Below, in pieces: positions 20,701-28,080 of a stretch of DNA of 62,367 nt (position 1 is the stretch's first letter; every line of letters starts with the position of its first letter). Both the position numbers and the translations under genes were made by a program. The notes under the pieces were generated by a model, which had not been told where the DNA came from, made no database searches, and saw nothing but the letters and a program-made list of their open reading frames with translations. Origin of the DNA: Leptospiraceae bacterium (GTDB taxonomy: Bacteria; Spirochaetota; Leptospiria; Leptospirales; Leptospiraceae); contig DAORDI010000001.1 of assembly GCA_035345895.1 (NCBI GenBank), positions 1,726 through 64,092 on the forward strand, written 5' to 3'.

Positions 20701-20854
20701 CAATGTGAGAAACCTTATCCATCTTTCAGATATGTATGCATACACCAAAAACTGGAAACGTGCTAAGAAACTTCTGGACAAAGTGAAACTGATCGATCCT
20801 GGAAATCAGAAGGCAGAAAAGGTCAGGCATGTTCTGGAAGATGCCTACAGCTGA
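17744..20854 (+). CDS. Polytopic membrane sensor - HAMP - PP2C/SpoIIE phosphatase - TPR protein
   Basis: ORF from 17696 (TTG); first ATG at 17744. About 8 N-terminal TM helices. HAMP-like GNLTVEVPVKVQDEIGYLTTSFNGMV. Coiled coil. PP2C/SpoIIE motifs QQDGDYFLTTLL, GGDLC, NADAMGKSMQGAGG, IGSDGKDD. C-terminal TPR-like repeats. Confidence 0.85.
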   Translation: MEIIQSFYINYSTVSTILTALITFGAAVFLLKLPNHSRATTYLGLMFLFIAIPGTGYFLNNGLYYPSSFSRYLTLISIPMRFTLLAQFLIYFPRLRNPKFAKWSLIVQCIISALLGIWLLAVGPSSELYFDLSGQSYDLKVPLFFKGYSVFLILFILFAMGIAVRKALTHKGEERTAVIIIIIALILDMVIPTAINAMNRNGYISRDALMAALGMLTPVGTFLILIAFINTTKDKSTFLFKIVGISFLTFVFVYNIIIYVFMQDKEFSYDEDRVNDLKLVLKAGERPANLDYLMEYRPSTGEIKFSYNRNETQIAEFEPKLINSYFVESLRLFPENFTAQEIIAKLDSIPIRNSQYLEPHKLSLKDYLSSYSGKKPVNDSVQFLVSKERTLYYHSNKIKEMSEKDFRDELKAYFAKTPPEMARYKEAILRHSETTSSGGPQLKLELLRYLTPVLPEGKRIVRESADRKSHFLAYQESSPDLVHELGFSYIGYRKFIHSTGKFLTYILLVSIFLFFIGTPLFMKGALVTPLENLLNGLRKVRKGNLTVEVPVKVQDEIGYLTTSFNGMVKSIRESKEKLEEYSNQLEEKVKERTKELRYTLDQVENLKNQQDGDYFLTTLLLKPLGIKTVDNNGKVAVDFFVKQKKEFQFRKRDMEIGGDLCSSQEIFLRGKKYIVFLNADAMGKSMQGAGGILVLGAVFQSIIQRTSAYQTQSEVPPEMWIKSAFKEMHKIFESFDGSMLVSLIFGLVEADTGLVYYINAEHPWMILYRDGIADFAERDSYFRKLGTSGVKNEIFVSTFRMMPGDLLIIGSDGKDDVVLSEAQENSDRVINEDETLILKRVEEAKGDLNGIFKVITGKYKLMDDLSLMSIYYKGETEEDIEEKSKITKYIKRAAKYFQDGNYETSLKIMEEARTVHPFNFTLVNYTLQLYMKMKMFDKGAELCRQYLKSNEANTSFMIKASYCLKMNQDLEAAIEIAERVKLREPGNVRNLIHLSDMYAYTKNWKRAKKLLDKVKLIDPGNQKAEKVRHVLEDAYS

Positions 20855-20895
20855 AGGCTGGCCCACAGCTGAAGGTTGGCTCACAGCTGAACAGG
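20847..20895. repeat. 18-bp tandem repeat, about 2.7 copies
   Basis: acagctgaaggctggccc / acagctgaaggttggctc / acagctgaacagg. The stop codon of the 17744 gene (20852-20854) lies in the first unit. Confidence 0.8.
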
Positions 20896-20897
20896 TG

Positions 20898-22073
20898 TCA
20901 CTCTGCAGCCGGTTTTGGAATGCTTGTCAAAATGAAAACAGCTGCAATGAGTGCAGCTGCGGCTGTCAGAATAAAACTGACCGATGCACCAAAATAAAAC
21001 CAGATCAGACCTGTCATTGAACTTGCCAGCATTGTGCAGATGCTCTGAAGTGCAGAGAATGTCCCGATGGCTGTTGCTGTATCTTTCTTCTCTGTAATAT
21101 TCGAAATCCATGCTTTGGAAATTCCTTCTGTCGATGCCGCATAAATACCGTAAAGAAAAAACAAGCCGAAGAAAACGTACATATCCTTACTGATGCTCAT
21201 TCCCGTATATACTGCTGCAAATAAAAAGAGTCCTGTTACGAATACAGTCTTAAGTCCTGCGATGTCAGCAATAATTCCGGCGGGAAATGCAGACAGTGCA
21301 TATACGAGATTGTAAAAAACATAAACACCGATCAGTGCAGAATCGTCAAGACCTGCTTCTTTTGCCTTAAGAAGCAGAAAAACATCTGAACTGTTGAAAA
21401 GTGTAAAAAAAAGAAGTCCTGATGCCAGCTTTTTATAAGCAACTGAACTTTCTTTCCAGTAATGCAGAAATGAAAAAAAGGGAATGGGAGACCCTGTCTC
21501 GTAAGTCGTTTTGTTTTTTTCTTTCAGAAGAAAGGACGCAATAACAGCAGAAAGTCCCGGTATAAAAGCAATATAAAAAAGTGTTTTGTAATCTTCTGGA
21601 TTATAATACAGATATATCAAAGCCAGCAGTGGCCCGATTACAGCTCCTAAGGTGTCCATTGAGCGATGAAAACCGAAAACCTTTCCTTTTGTCTGCGGTG
21701 TCGCTTCCTCAGAAAGCAGAGCATCTCTTGCTCCTGTCCGTATGCCCTTTCCTAAACGGTCAATTGTTCTGGCAGAGAATATCCAAAGCGGAAAAATGAA
21801 AACAGCCATCATTGGTTTTGAGACTGCACTCAAAGCATAACCGACTTGGACAAACAGAACACGCCTGCCTGAAGTATCGGAAAGTTTTCCGAAGTAACCC
21901 TTGCTGAATCCTGCCGCTGCTTCAGCAAGTCCTTCCAGTATTCCGATTAAAACAACTGAAAACCCGATTGTTTTTAAGTAAATGGGCATAATTGGATACA
22001 GCATTTCGCTTGCAGTGTCTGTCAGAAGACTCACTGCAGATAAAATCCAGACTGTCCGTGTAATATAATTCAA
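20898..22073 (-). CDS. MFS transporter
   Basis: 391 aa, 12 hydrophobic segments, MFS loop motif GKLSDTSGRR. TTG start. Confidence 0.75.
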   Translation of the reverse strand: MNYITRTVWILSAVSLLTDTASEMLYPIMPIYLKTIGFSVVLIGILEGLAEAAAGFSKGYFGKLSDTSGRRVLFVQVGYALSAVSKPMMAVFIFPLWIFSARTIDRLGKGIRTGARDALLSEEATPQTKGKVFGFHRSMDTLGAVIGPLLALIYLYYNPEDYKTLFYIAFIPGLSAVIASFLLKEKNKTTYETGSPIPFFSFLHYWKESSVAYKKLASGLLFFTLFNSSDVFLLLKAKEAGLDDSALIGVYVFYNLVYALSAFPAGIIADIAGLKTVFVTGLFLFAAVYTGMSISKDMYVFFGLFFLYGIYAASTEGISKAWISNITEKKDTATAIGTFSALQSICTMLASSMTGLIWFYFGASVSFILTAAAALIAAVFILTSIPKPAAE

Positions 22074-22129
22074 AATTCAGTAACGTTTACTGGCAGGAAT
22101 CTGACTTATACTGTATTCATATACTCAGC

Positions 22130-23557
22130 CTAAAGTTTAGTCACCTTTAGAAACATCTGAGTTCCCGATCCGTCAAAATCCACAAATGACTGGATCGGGA
22201 CCTGTATGTCTTCGAGAAGTTCAAGCATTGAGCTTTCTTCCCTGTAATACAGTGCCCAGTCCATTATATATTCCATATACTTTCTGGTTTCGTTTGTTTC
22301 ATGGTAATTGCCGATGATCATTACAGACTTCTCACTGAGCATTGAAAAGAGCTTCATCGTAAGGGCCTTTGCAACTGAATCTGTGAGATAATCGTAAAGT
22401 CCCATAGAATAAATAAAATCAAACTGTCCGAAAAGAAGCTCAGGTGATTTTGTCTTCAGAATCGTTCTGACCGATTCTTTAATAAATTCGTATGAAAAAG
22501 GCTGTCCCTGATTGTCTATGGAAAGTATGCCGTTCTTGGCTTCATTCAATGCTTCATCATCCTGATCCAGAAGATGAATCTTTACCTTGTGTCTGTAAGG
22601 ACTGTCTTTCAGGAAATCCTGAATTTCCCAGGCAGGACCGCATGCAATTGAGAGAATTCTGAATTCCTTTTTATCGGACTTGGAAAGAGTCTCATTCATA
22701 AAATGATTGATGAGTTTTCTTCTGTTTCTCACCGCATCGGCAGCCTTTGTGTCACAGGCATGTTTATGAAATATCTTTCCAAAGGAGGACTTTCCGAGAT
22801 ACTCATTCCGATAAAGCATCTCCATCATGACAGAATCGCCGGCGTAACCTCTAGGCCTGATATTCGTTCTCTTGATGAACTCCGATTCCAGGATAAACTG
22901 AAAAACTGATTTTCTCAGGAAGAATCCCGAACGTTCATTTTCAAGTTTGGTATATTTCGCAGTAATGGCAGTCAGTTCCATCATTGAATCAGTAAGAAAT
23001 TGATAAAACTCCTTACCTATTCCCTGAAGAAGAGAATTGAACAGAGCTTCCTTCAGCCTTTCAGGCTCATGCATAAATTTAGCATCCAGCTCATCAAGAG
23101 AGATTTTGTAGAGTGAAAGAGCAAATGTGAAATGAGAACAGAATTCAATGAATTCCTGAGAAAGGTTTTCCTGAACAGAGAGATGCATTTTGACTTTTTT
23201 AATTTCATCTTCCTGAAGAAAAAGTGCCTGCTTCGTCAGAAGGAAATCCATATCCACAAATTCTGAATCCAGAAATATTCCGATCAGCACCTCACTGTTA
23301 TGTGATTCCATTCTGACAAGAGCTGCTGTACCAAGTTCCTTTTTCTTTCCAAATGCATAGATGATGCAGCTGTCAATTTTCTGCCCTGTATGGAGCTCTG
23401 CGCTCTCTTTTTCGGCTACCGAAATTCCCAGTCCAAATCTGGAATAATCATACACTCTTCCGTTGTATGTTTTTCCGCCTGTGCTGATTTCTATTCTGCA
23501 GTTTTCCTCATCATGAAACCGAAGCCGGACAGTCTTTCTTTTTTCATTGATTACCAT
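22130..23557 (-). CDS. PilZ domain - class I SAM-dependent methyltransferase fusion
   Basis: 475 aa. N-terminal canonical PilZ motifs RKTVR (RxxxR) and DYSRFG (DxSxxG). C-terminal methyltransferase motifs ILSIACGPAWEI, HLLDQDDEAL, FIYSMGLYDYL. Starts 3 bp after the upstream PP2C gene. Confidence 0.75.
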   Translation of the reverse strand: MVINEKRKTVRLRFHDEENCRIEISTGGKTYNGRVYDYSRFGLGISVAEKESAELHTGQKIDSCIIYAFGKKKELGTAALVRMESHNSEVLIGIFLDSEFVDMDFLLTKQALFLQEDEIKKVKMHLSVQENLSQEFIEFCSHFTFALSLYKISLDELDAKFMHEPERLKEALFNSLLQGIGKEFYQFLTDSMMELTAITAKYTKLENERSGFFLRKSVFQFILESEFIKRTNIRPRGYAGDSVMMEMLYRNEYLGKSSFGKIFHKHACDTKAADAVRNRRKLINHFMNETLSKSDKKEFRILSIACGPAWEIQDFLKDSPYRHKVKIHLLDQDDEALNEAKNGILSIDNQGQPFSYEFIKESVRTILKTKSPELLFGQFDFIYSMGLYDYLTDSVAKALTMKLFSMLSEKSVMIIGNYHETNETRKYMEYIMDWALYYREESSMLELLEDIQVPIQSFVDFDGSGTQMFLKVTKL

Positions 23558-23560
23558 GGA

Positions 23561-24931
23561 TTATACCTTTCGAATGATGACAAGAGTGATATCGTCTTCC
23601 TGTTTTGGAAATTCTGCAATTGCCTCTTTTACAATCTTATCAATGATTTCCTTGATCGGAAGATGACTGTATTTTTTCAGACCTTCTTTCAGTTTTTCAT
23701 CACCGTACATCTTCTTCTCGGATGCACCAAGTTCAGTAATCCCGTCGGTAAATAAAAGCGCCGTATCACCCGGATTCAGACTGAAACTTCTGTCCTGCAT
23801 AAACGGTTCCACATCATCCAGCATCCCTACCCAGGTTCCGTACGTAGGAAGTGCTTCCACTTCAGCAGAAGACTTTCTTGCAATCAGGATGTCCTGATGA
23901 GATCCGGCATATATGATCTTATCAGGCAGAAGCGAGAACGCAGTGATTGTGAGATATCTGTCCACTTTCAGAAGTGCGATATTTTCCTTGATGACCTTGT
24001 TCAGCTGAACAAGCAGTCTGCTCGGACTGACTGTCGGATTTTCCGAAATGACTGTTCTGACACTAGTCTGGGTCATCATCATGATCAGACCGGATTCCAC
24101 TCCATGCCCTGAAACATCCCCGATCATCACCCAAGGGTTTTTGTCTGTTCGGATAATATCGTAATAATCACCTCCCACCTCTTCGGCAGGAATCATAATT
24201 GCAGCCATCTCATAACCGCCGAGAGTATTGTCTGGAGGAGTCAGTGCTGTCTGAATCTGTTTGGCAATTTCCATCTCGCTCCATAGAGCATCTCTTGCCT
24301 GTTTGAGATCCTTCCTGCTTTCAAACTCCTTCTGAATCAGTATATGTTTTACGTGATTGATGCTCGCTGCAATGATGATCGTGGAACTCATAAAATACAG
24401 ATTGTTGATCAGATTGTAGAGCTGAAAATCCTTTCCAAATGCGGCATTCATTCCTACGTACAGAAGCAGTGTAAAAAGACCGTTCATAGCAGAGTGAGAT
24501 GCTTTCCACGGAAGAAGAAGATTTACAGCAATGACTACCAGATTCAGTCCGGCATAGTACGAGGAATTGAATCCTCCCAGATCAACTGTCATCAGAACAA
24601 TTGCACCGCAGACAAAAAAATTGAATATATATCCACGCAGAAAGGAAAGATTTGAAGGCTTGGTCCTGCTGATAATGAAGAACTGAAGAATGACTACGGC
24701 AGTTGCAAATCCTCTGTACACTGCAAAACGAGGAAGAAGATGCTGCTGATCCGAAGGAATAATAAAAATATCCAGAACAAAGAAAATCGGAACAAGAGTA
24801 AAACCTAGAATAGTCAGGGTTTTGAGCCAGGAATGAATCAGTGCATTCAGGTAATCGGAAAAATTGTCCACAACAAGCATGGACCTTTCCAGTTCAGGAC
24901 TAGCTTTGAAAATATTCAAGATTGACAGCAT
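23561..24931 (-). CDS. Membrane-anchored PP2C/SpoIIE phosphatase (SiaA/RsbU-like)
   Basis: 456 aa. Multi-TM N-terminal half. PP2C motifs VGGDYYDI, IGDVSGHGVESGL, LFTDGITE. Confidence 0.8.
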   Translation of the reverse strand: MLSILNIFKASPELERSMLVVDNFSDYLNALIHSWLKTLTILGFTLVPIFFVLDIFIIPSDQQHLLPRFAVYRGFATAVVILQFFIISRTKPSNLSFLRGYIFNFFVCGAIVLMTVDLGGFNSSYYAGLNLVVIAVNLLLPWKASHSAMNGLFTLLLYVGMNAAFGKDFQLYNLINNLYFMSSTIIIAASINHVKHILIQKEFESRKDLKQARDALWSEMEIAKQIQTALTPPDNTLGGYEMAAIMIPAEEVGGDYYDIIRTDKNPWVMIGDVSGHGVESGLIMMMTQTSVRTVISENPTVSPSRLLVQLNKVIKENIALLKVDRYLTITAFSLLPDKIIYAGSHQDILIARKSSAEVEALPTYGTWVGMLDDVEPFMQDRSFSLNPGDTALLFTDGITELGASEKKMYGDEKLKEGLKKYSHLPIKEIIDKIVKEAIAEFPKQEDDITLVIIRKV

Positions 24932-24936
24932 TCAGA

Positions 24937-25299
24937 TCAGATTCCAGTCACATCCACAGAGCCGGGGATATTGAATACTCTCAAAGCGGAAAAACTCAGT
25001 TCCTGCCATTTCAGTCCCTTTTTATAGTAAATAGTGATCTTTCTGTTTTCCCGCTTTGCGTGTTCAATCTGTTTTACAATAGGAGTCACTGTAGAGGAAT
25101 TCATATATTCAAGCTTAGTGAAATCCATTACTATTGGATTTTTGGAATCCTTTGAATAAATATGTTCAAATACAGGGGAGATAAATTTTATCGGTTCTCT
25201 TTCCTTGCTCTCTCCCAGCCATTTGACTGTAACCTGAGAAGGTTCAAAGCTGATTTCGAGAGTGAGACGACCATCCTGATGAGTTTCTATTGCTGACAT
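24937..25299 (-). CDS. SiaC-like (DUF1987) regulatory phosphoprotein candidate
   Basis: 120 aa. GESKEREPIKFISPVFEHI and LEYMNSSTVTPIVKQI parallel the P. aeruginosa SiaC segments GDSYPENSYELFGQVIDWV and LLYLNTSSIKAMMDIL (phospho-Thr region) as I recall them. Positioned between a GHKL kinase-like gene and a PP2C gene. Confidence 0.55.
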   Translation of the reverse strand: MSAIETHQDGRLTLEISFEPSQVTVKWLGESKEREPIKFISPVFEHIYSKDSKNPIVMDFTKLEYMNSSTVTPIVKQIEHAKRENRKITIYYKKGLKWQELSFSALRVFNIPGSVDVTGI

Positions 25300-25323
25300 T
25301 TCCGTTCCCTTGATTTGATGATA

Positions 25324-25821
25324 TTAATACTCATATACTGCAGATACTGCAAGTATGTTTTCTTCATTCACAAAAAAATCTAATATTGCCTGTCCTTCGT
25401 ATGCAATTCTGACAAGTCCTAAACCGCTTTCCCCTTCGGCAAGATGTTTGCTCGAAACTTCTTTCAGCCTTTCCACATATGCTTCAAAGGGGTTCTGATA
25501 ACCCCTGATCCATTGGATTTTGGAATCCAGCCTCTTCAAGTGGTCAAGTTCAGTTTCTTTAATTGGATTTTTTACTTCCATAATAAAGCGATGTTTTTTC
25601 TTTTTGAGAATGAGTTTTATTTTGGAATCCGGGTTCGGGAAATAGCCGTATTTTATTCCGTTTTCGACAAGCTCCGTAGTCACCATATACACTGCACTGA
25701 AATGATCTTCAGTGAATTCGGAGGGGTCTAGAAACGTTTTCAGAATATCGGAAATCTTGTCTAATTCCGACCATTCAGGATTCAGTAAAACTTCTATCTG
25801 ACTGGACGTACTGCTCTGCAT
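25324..25821 (-). CDS. GHKL-type Ser/Thr kinase (SiaB/RsbW-like)
   Basis: 165 aa. N-box-like TTELVENGIKYG and G-box-like GESGLGLVRIA. First gene of the four-gene minus-strand operon. Confidence 0.65.
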   Translation of the reverse strand: MQSSTSSQIEVLLNPEWSELDKISDILKTFLDPSEFTEDHFSAVYMVTTELVENGIKYGYFPNPDSKIKLILKKKKHRFIMEVKNPIKETELDHLKRLDSKIQWIRGYQNPFEAYVERLKEVSSKHLAEGESGLGLVRIAYEGQAILDFFVNEENILAVSAVYEY

Positions 25822-25929
25822 ATTCTACAATAAGCGGAAAAAAAGAAACAGGGTCAAGAAGATTTCCCCTGCGGAAAGCAATAAGATCAGCATTTTGAGA
25901 TTCAGTGAAAAAAATATGACAATTTTCCG

Positions 25930-25962
25930 TTGACAATCCCAAAATCTGAAGCAGGTTATAGA
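25930..25962 (+). promoter_or_regulatory. Promoter/operator-like element of TA copy 1 (repeated at 26657..26689)
   Basis: TTGACA at 25930 and TATAGA at 25957. The spacing of about 21 nt is longer than optimal. The roughly 45-bp block ttgacaatcccaaaatctgaagcaggttatagacaaatc recurs almost unchanged upstream of copy 2. Confidence 0.35.
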
Positions 25963-25979
25963 CAAATCAGGGGTGACAA

Positions 25980-26363
25980 ATGAGCATTCAGGAGACAATC
26001 AGCAGACTGGCAGAATTTCTGGAACTGCAGACCCGGCATCAGAATTTGGATGTGCTCATCCATAATTTCGAAACAGAAAACGGAATAAATCGGATACAGC
26101 ATAATGACAACATATCCATTCTCAATACAGACCAGATAAAATTTCTGGACTCCTTTGCCGGTTTTCTCTCCATCCGCAGCTCAGAAAGAGAATATGCAAA
26201 GTTCCGCACATACTGCAGTTCCGAAAATACACCGGAAAACGAGCTCAGAAATAGAATCCGTGAAATTGAGGAAAATCCGGAAATTGGAGTATCTTGGGAA
26301 GAAGCTGTGAGCAGGCTAGAGGTTCGTATTGGAAAAAAAGTTAAGATTACATCCAAAAGCTGA
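25980..26363 (+). CDS. Antitoxin, addiction-module (Unstab_antitox-like C-terminus) with extended N-terminal domain, copy 1
   Basis: 127 aa. C-terminal ELRNRIREIEENPEIGVSWEEAVSRLE is typical of the putative addiction module component. About 90 extra N-terminal residues. Confidence 0.65.
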   Translation: MSIQETISRLAEFLELQTRHQNLDVLIHNFETENGINRIQHNDNISILNTDQIKFLDSFAGFLSIRSSEREYAKFRTYCSSENTPENELRNRIREIEENPEIGVSWEEAVSRLEVRIGKKVKITSKS

Positions 26364-26637
26364 AGAAGAACTGAATCAATCCTATGACTGGCATAACGAA
26401 AACAGATCAGGCTCCGGTGATGATTTTTTAGATTCAGTAAAGAATAAGATTGATCAAATATCAGAAAATCCAGAATCCCGTTCCGCAGATTCAGACGGTG
26501 TACGCTGGGCATCTGTGGCTAAATTTCCTTATCATATTTACTATCTTTTCCGGGCACCGATCGTATGGATTTTAGCCATCTGGCACAACAGCCGAAAACC
26601 GGAAGGCTGGAAAGAAAGAGTCAACGATCTGGATTGA
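26329..26637 (+). CDS. ParE/RelE-family toxin, copy 1
   Basis: 102 aa, TTG start overlapping the antitoxin end. LHPKAEEELNQSYDWH...ENPE...FPYHIYYLF....VWILAIWHNSRKP pattern of ParE/RelE plasmid-stabilisation toxins. Confidence 0.7.
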   Translation: MEKKLRLHPKAEEELNQSYDWHNENRSGSGDDFLDSVKNKIDQISENPESRSADSDGVRWASVAKFPYHIYYLFRAPIVWILAIWHNSRKPEGWKERVNDLD

Positions 26638-26656
26638 TTTCAGTTTCATTTTTTCA

Positions 26657-26689
26657 TTGACAATCCCAAAATCTGAAGCAGGTTATAGA
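26657..26689 (+). promoter_or_regulatory. Promoter/operator-like element of TA copy 2
   Basis: Same TTGACA...TATAGA block as at 25930..25962. Confidence 0.35.
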
Positions 26690-26706
26690 CAAATCGGGGG
26701 TGGCAA

Positions 26707-27093
26707 ATGAGCATTCAGGAGACAATCAGCGTACTGGCAGAATTTCTGGAACTGCAGACCCGGCATCAGAATCTGGATGTGCTCATCCATAATTTCGAAA
26801 CAGAAAACGCAATAAACCGAATACAGTATAATGATAATATATCCATTCTCAATACAGACCAGATAAAATTTCTGGACTCCTTTTCCGGTTTCCTTTCCAT
26901 CCGCAGTTCAGAAAGCGAATATGCAAAGTTCCGCACATACTGCAGTTCCGAAAATACACCGGAAAACGAGCTCAGAAAAAGAATCCGTGAAATTGAGGAA
27001 AATCCGGAGATTGGAGTATCAGCTGAAGAAGTAAGAACAGGTATTGAGGAAATCCTTGGAAAAAAATTATCAATTCCATCCAGAAGCAAATAA
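26707..27093 (+). CDS. Antitoxin, addiction-module type with extended N-terminal domain, copy 2
   Basis: 128 aa. Near-identical to copy 1 over the first roughly 105 aa, divergent in the last roughly 20 aa. Confidence 0.65.
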   Translation: MSIQETISVLAEFLELQTRHQNLDVLIHNFETENAINRIQYNDNISILNTDQIKFLDSFSGFLSIRSSESEYAKFRTYCSSENTPENELRKRIREIEENPEIGVSAEEVRTGIEEILGKKLSIPSRSK

Positions 27094-27364
27094 TGAATTT
27101 AAAGAATCTGTAAAATGGCACAACCGAAACAGATCGGCATCTGGAGAAGAATTTGCAGTGTCTGTTTTTGATAAGCTGGAACAGATCAAAGAAAACCCGG
27201 AAGCCCGTTCCGCAGATTCAGACGGTGTACGCTGGGCATCAGTGGCTAAATTTCCTTATCACATTTACTATCTTTTCCGGGCACCGATTATATGGATTTT
27301 AGCAATTTGGCACAACAGCAGAAAACCGGAAGGCTGGAAAGAAAGAGTCAACGATCTGGATTGA
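27044..27364 (+). CDS. ParE/RelE-family toxin, copy 2
   Basis: TTG at 27044, or at 27056 to give MEKNYQFHPEANNEF. The C-terminal roughly 57 aa are nearly identical to copy 1. The N-terminal half is divergent. Confidence 0.7.
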   Translation: MRKSLEKNYQFHPEANNEFKESVKWHNRNRSASGEEFAVSVFDKLEQIKENPEARSADSDGVRWASVAKFPYHIYYLFRAPIIWILAIWHNSRKPEGWKERVNDLD

Positions 27365-27421
27365 AATGAATTGACTTTTCGGTCGGATGAGCTATACTGT
27401 CTGCAAAAGGAGAATGCAGTA

Positions 27422-27634
27422 ATGACAGCAGCTGAACATCTTTTTAAAATCAGTCAGGAGCTTCCGGATGATCTGCTTACAGAATTATTGGATTTTGCAG
27501 AATTTCTCAAGCAGAAAAAAAAGCTTCCCGCACAGACTAATCTTGCACTCAAAATACAGCAGCAATTCAAAGATTTAGATTTTGACAATGTCTCACTGCC
27601 CGCAAGAAGCGTAATGAGAAATACACCTTTTTAG
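27422..27634 (+). CDS. DUF2281-like antitoxin (VapB-type partner of the PIN toxin)
   Basis: ATG at 27422 preceded by aaggag. MTAAEHLFKISQELPDDLLTELLDFAEFLKQKKK matches the DUF2281 antitoxin pattern. Ends 10 bp before the PIN gene. Confidence 0.6.
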   Translation: MTAAEHLFKISQELPDDLLTELLDFAEFLKQKKKLPAQTNLALKIQQQFKDLDFDNVSLPARSVMRNTPF

Positions 27635-27644
27635 AGTCATTATA

Positions 27645-28019
27645 ATGAATAGTTATTTATTAGATACCAACGTACTCTCAGAATTGATGCGGTCTAATCC
27701 AGATAGGACTGTTTTTGAATGGTTTGAGTCAAATAAAAATTCCAATTTTTTCATTTCTTCAGTAACGGAAGCTGAAATTTTGACAGGAATTGCTCTCCTC
27801 CCGGAAAGTAAAAAGCGACTGGACCTGACTGCCGCTTCTGAAAAGCTTTTTTCTCAGGATTTTTTTGGACGAATACTGTTTTTCGATGAAAAATCAGCAG
27901 TCATTTATGCGAAGACTGCCGCCGATAGAATCAAATCTCCTATTTTCCCGAATCCGGTTAAAAACCAAACGATTTTTCTCCGTAAAAAAAATCTGGACAA
28001 AATGAACGATATGCCATAA
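27645..28019 (+). CDS. PIN-domain VapC-like toxin, C-terminally aberrant (probable remnant)
   Basis: N-terminus YLLDTNVLSELMR and TEAEILTG carry the first two PIN acidic residues. After ...KTAADRIKS the sequence (PIFPNPVKNQTIFLRKKNLDKMNDMP) has no resemblance to the expected ...D.(I/M)IAA.A...LVT.N..DF region. Confidence 0.55.
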   Translation: MNSYLLDTNVLSELMRSNPDRTVFEWFESNKNSNFFISSVTEAEILTGIALLPESKKRLDLTAASEKLFSQDFFGRILFFDEKSAVIYAKTAADRIKSPIFPNPVKNQTIFLRKKNLDKMNDMP

Positions 28020-28080
28020 ATATACAATTATCATTTAAGGAACAAAACAGTGTAATGCCTTTAAGAAACCGGCAGCAAGA

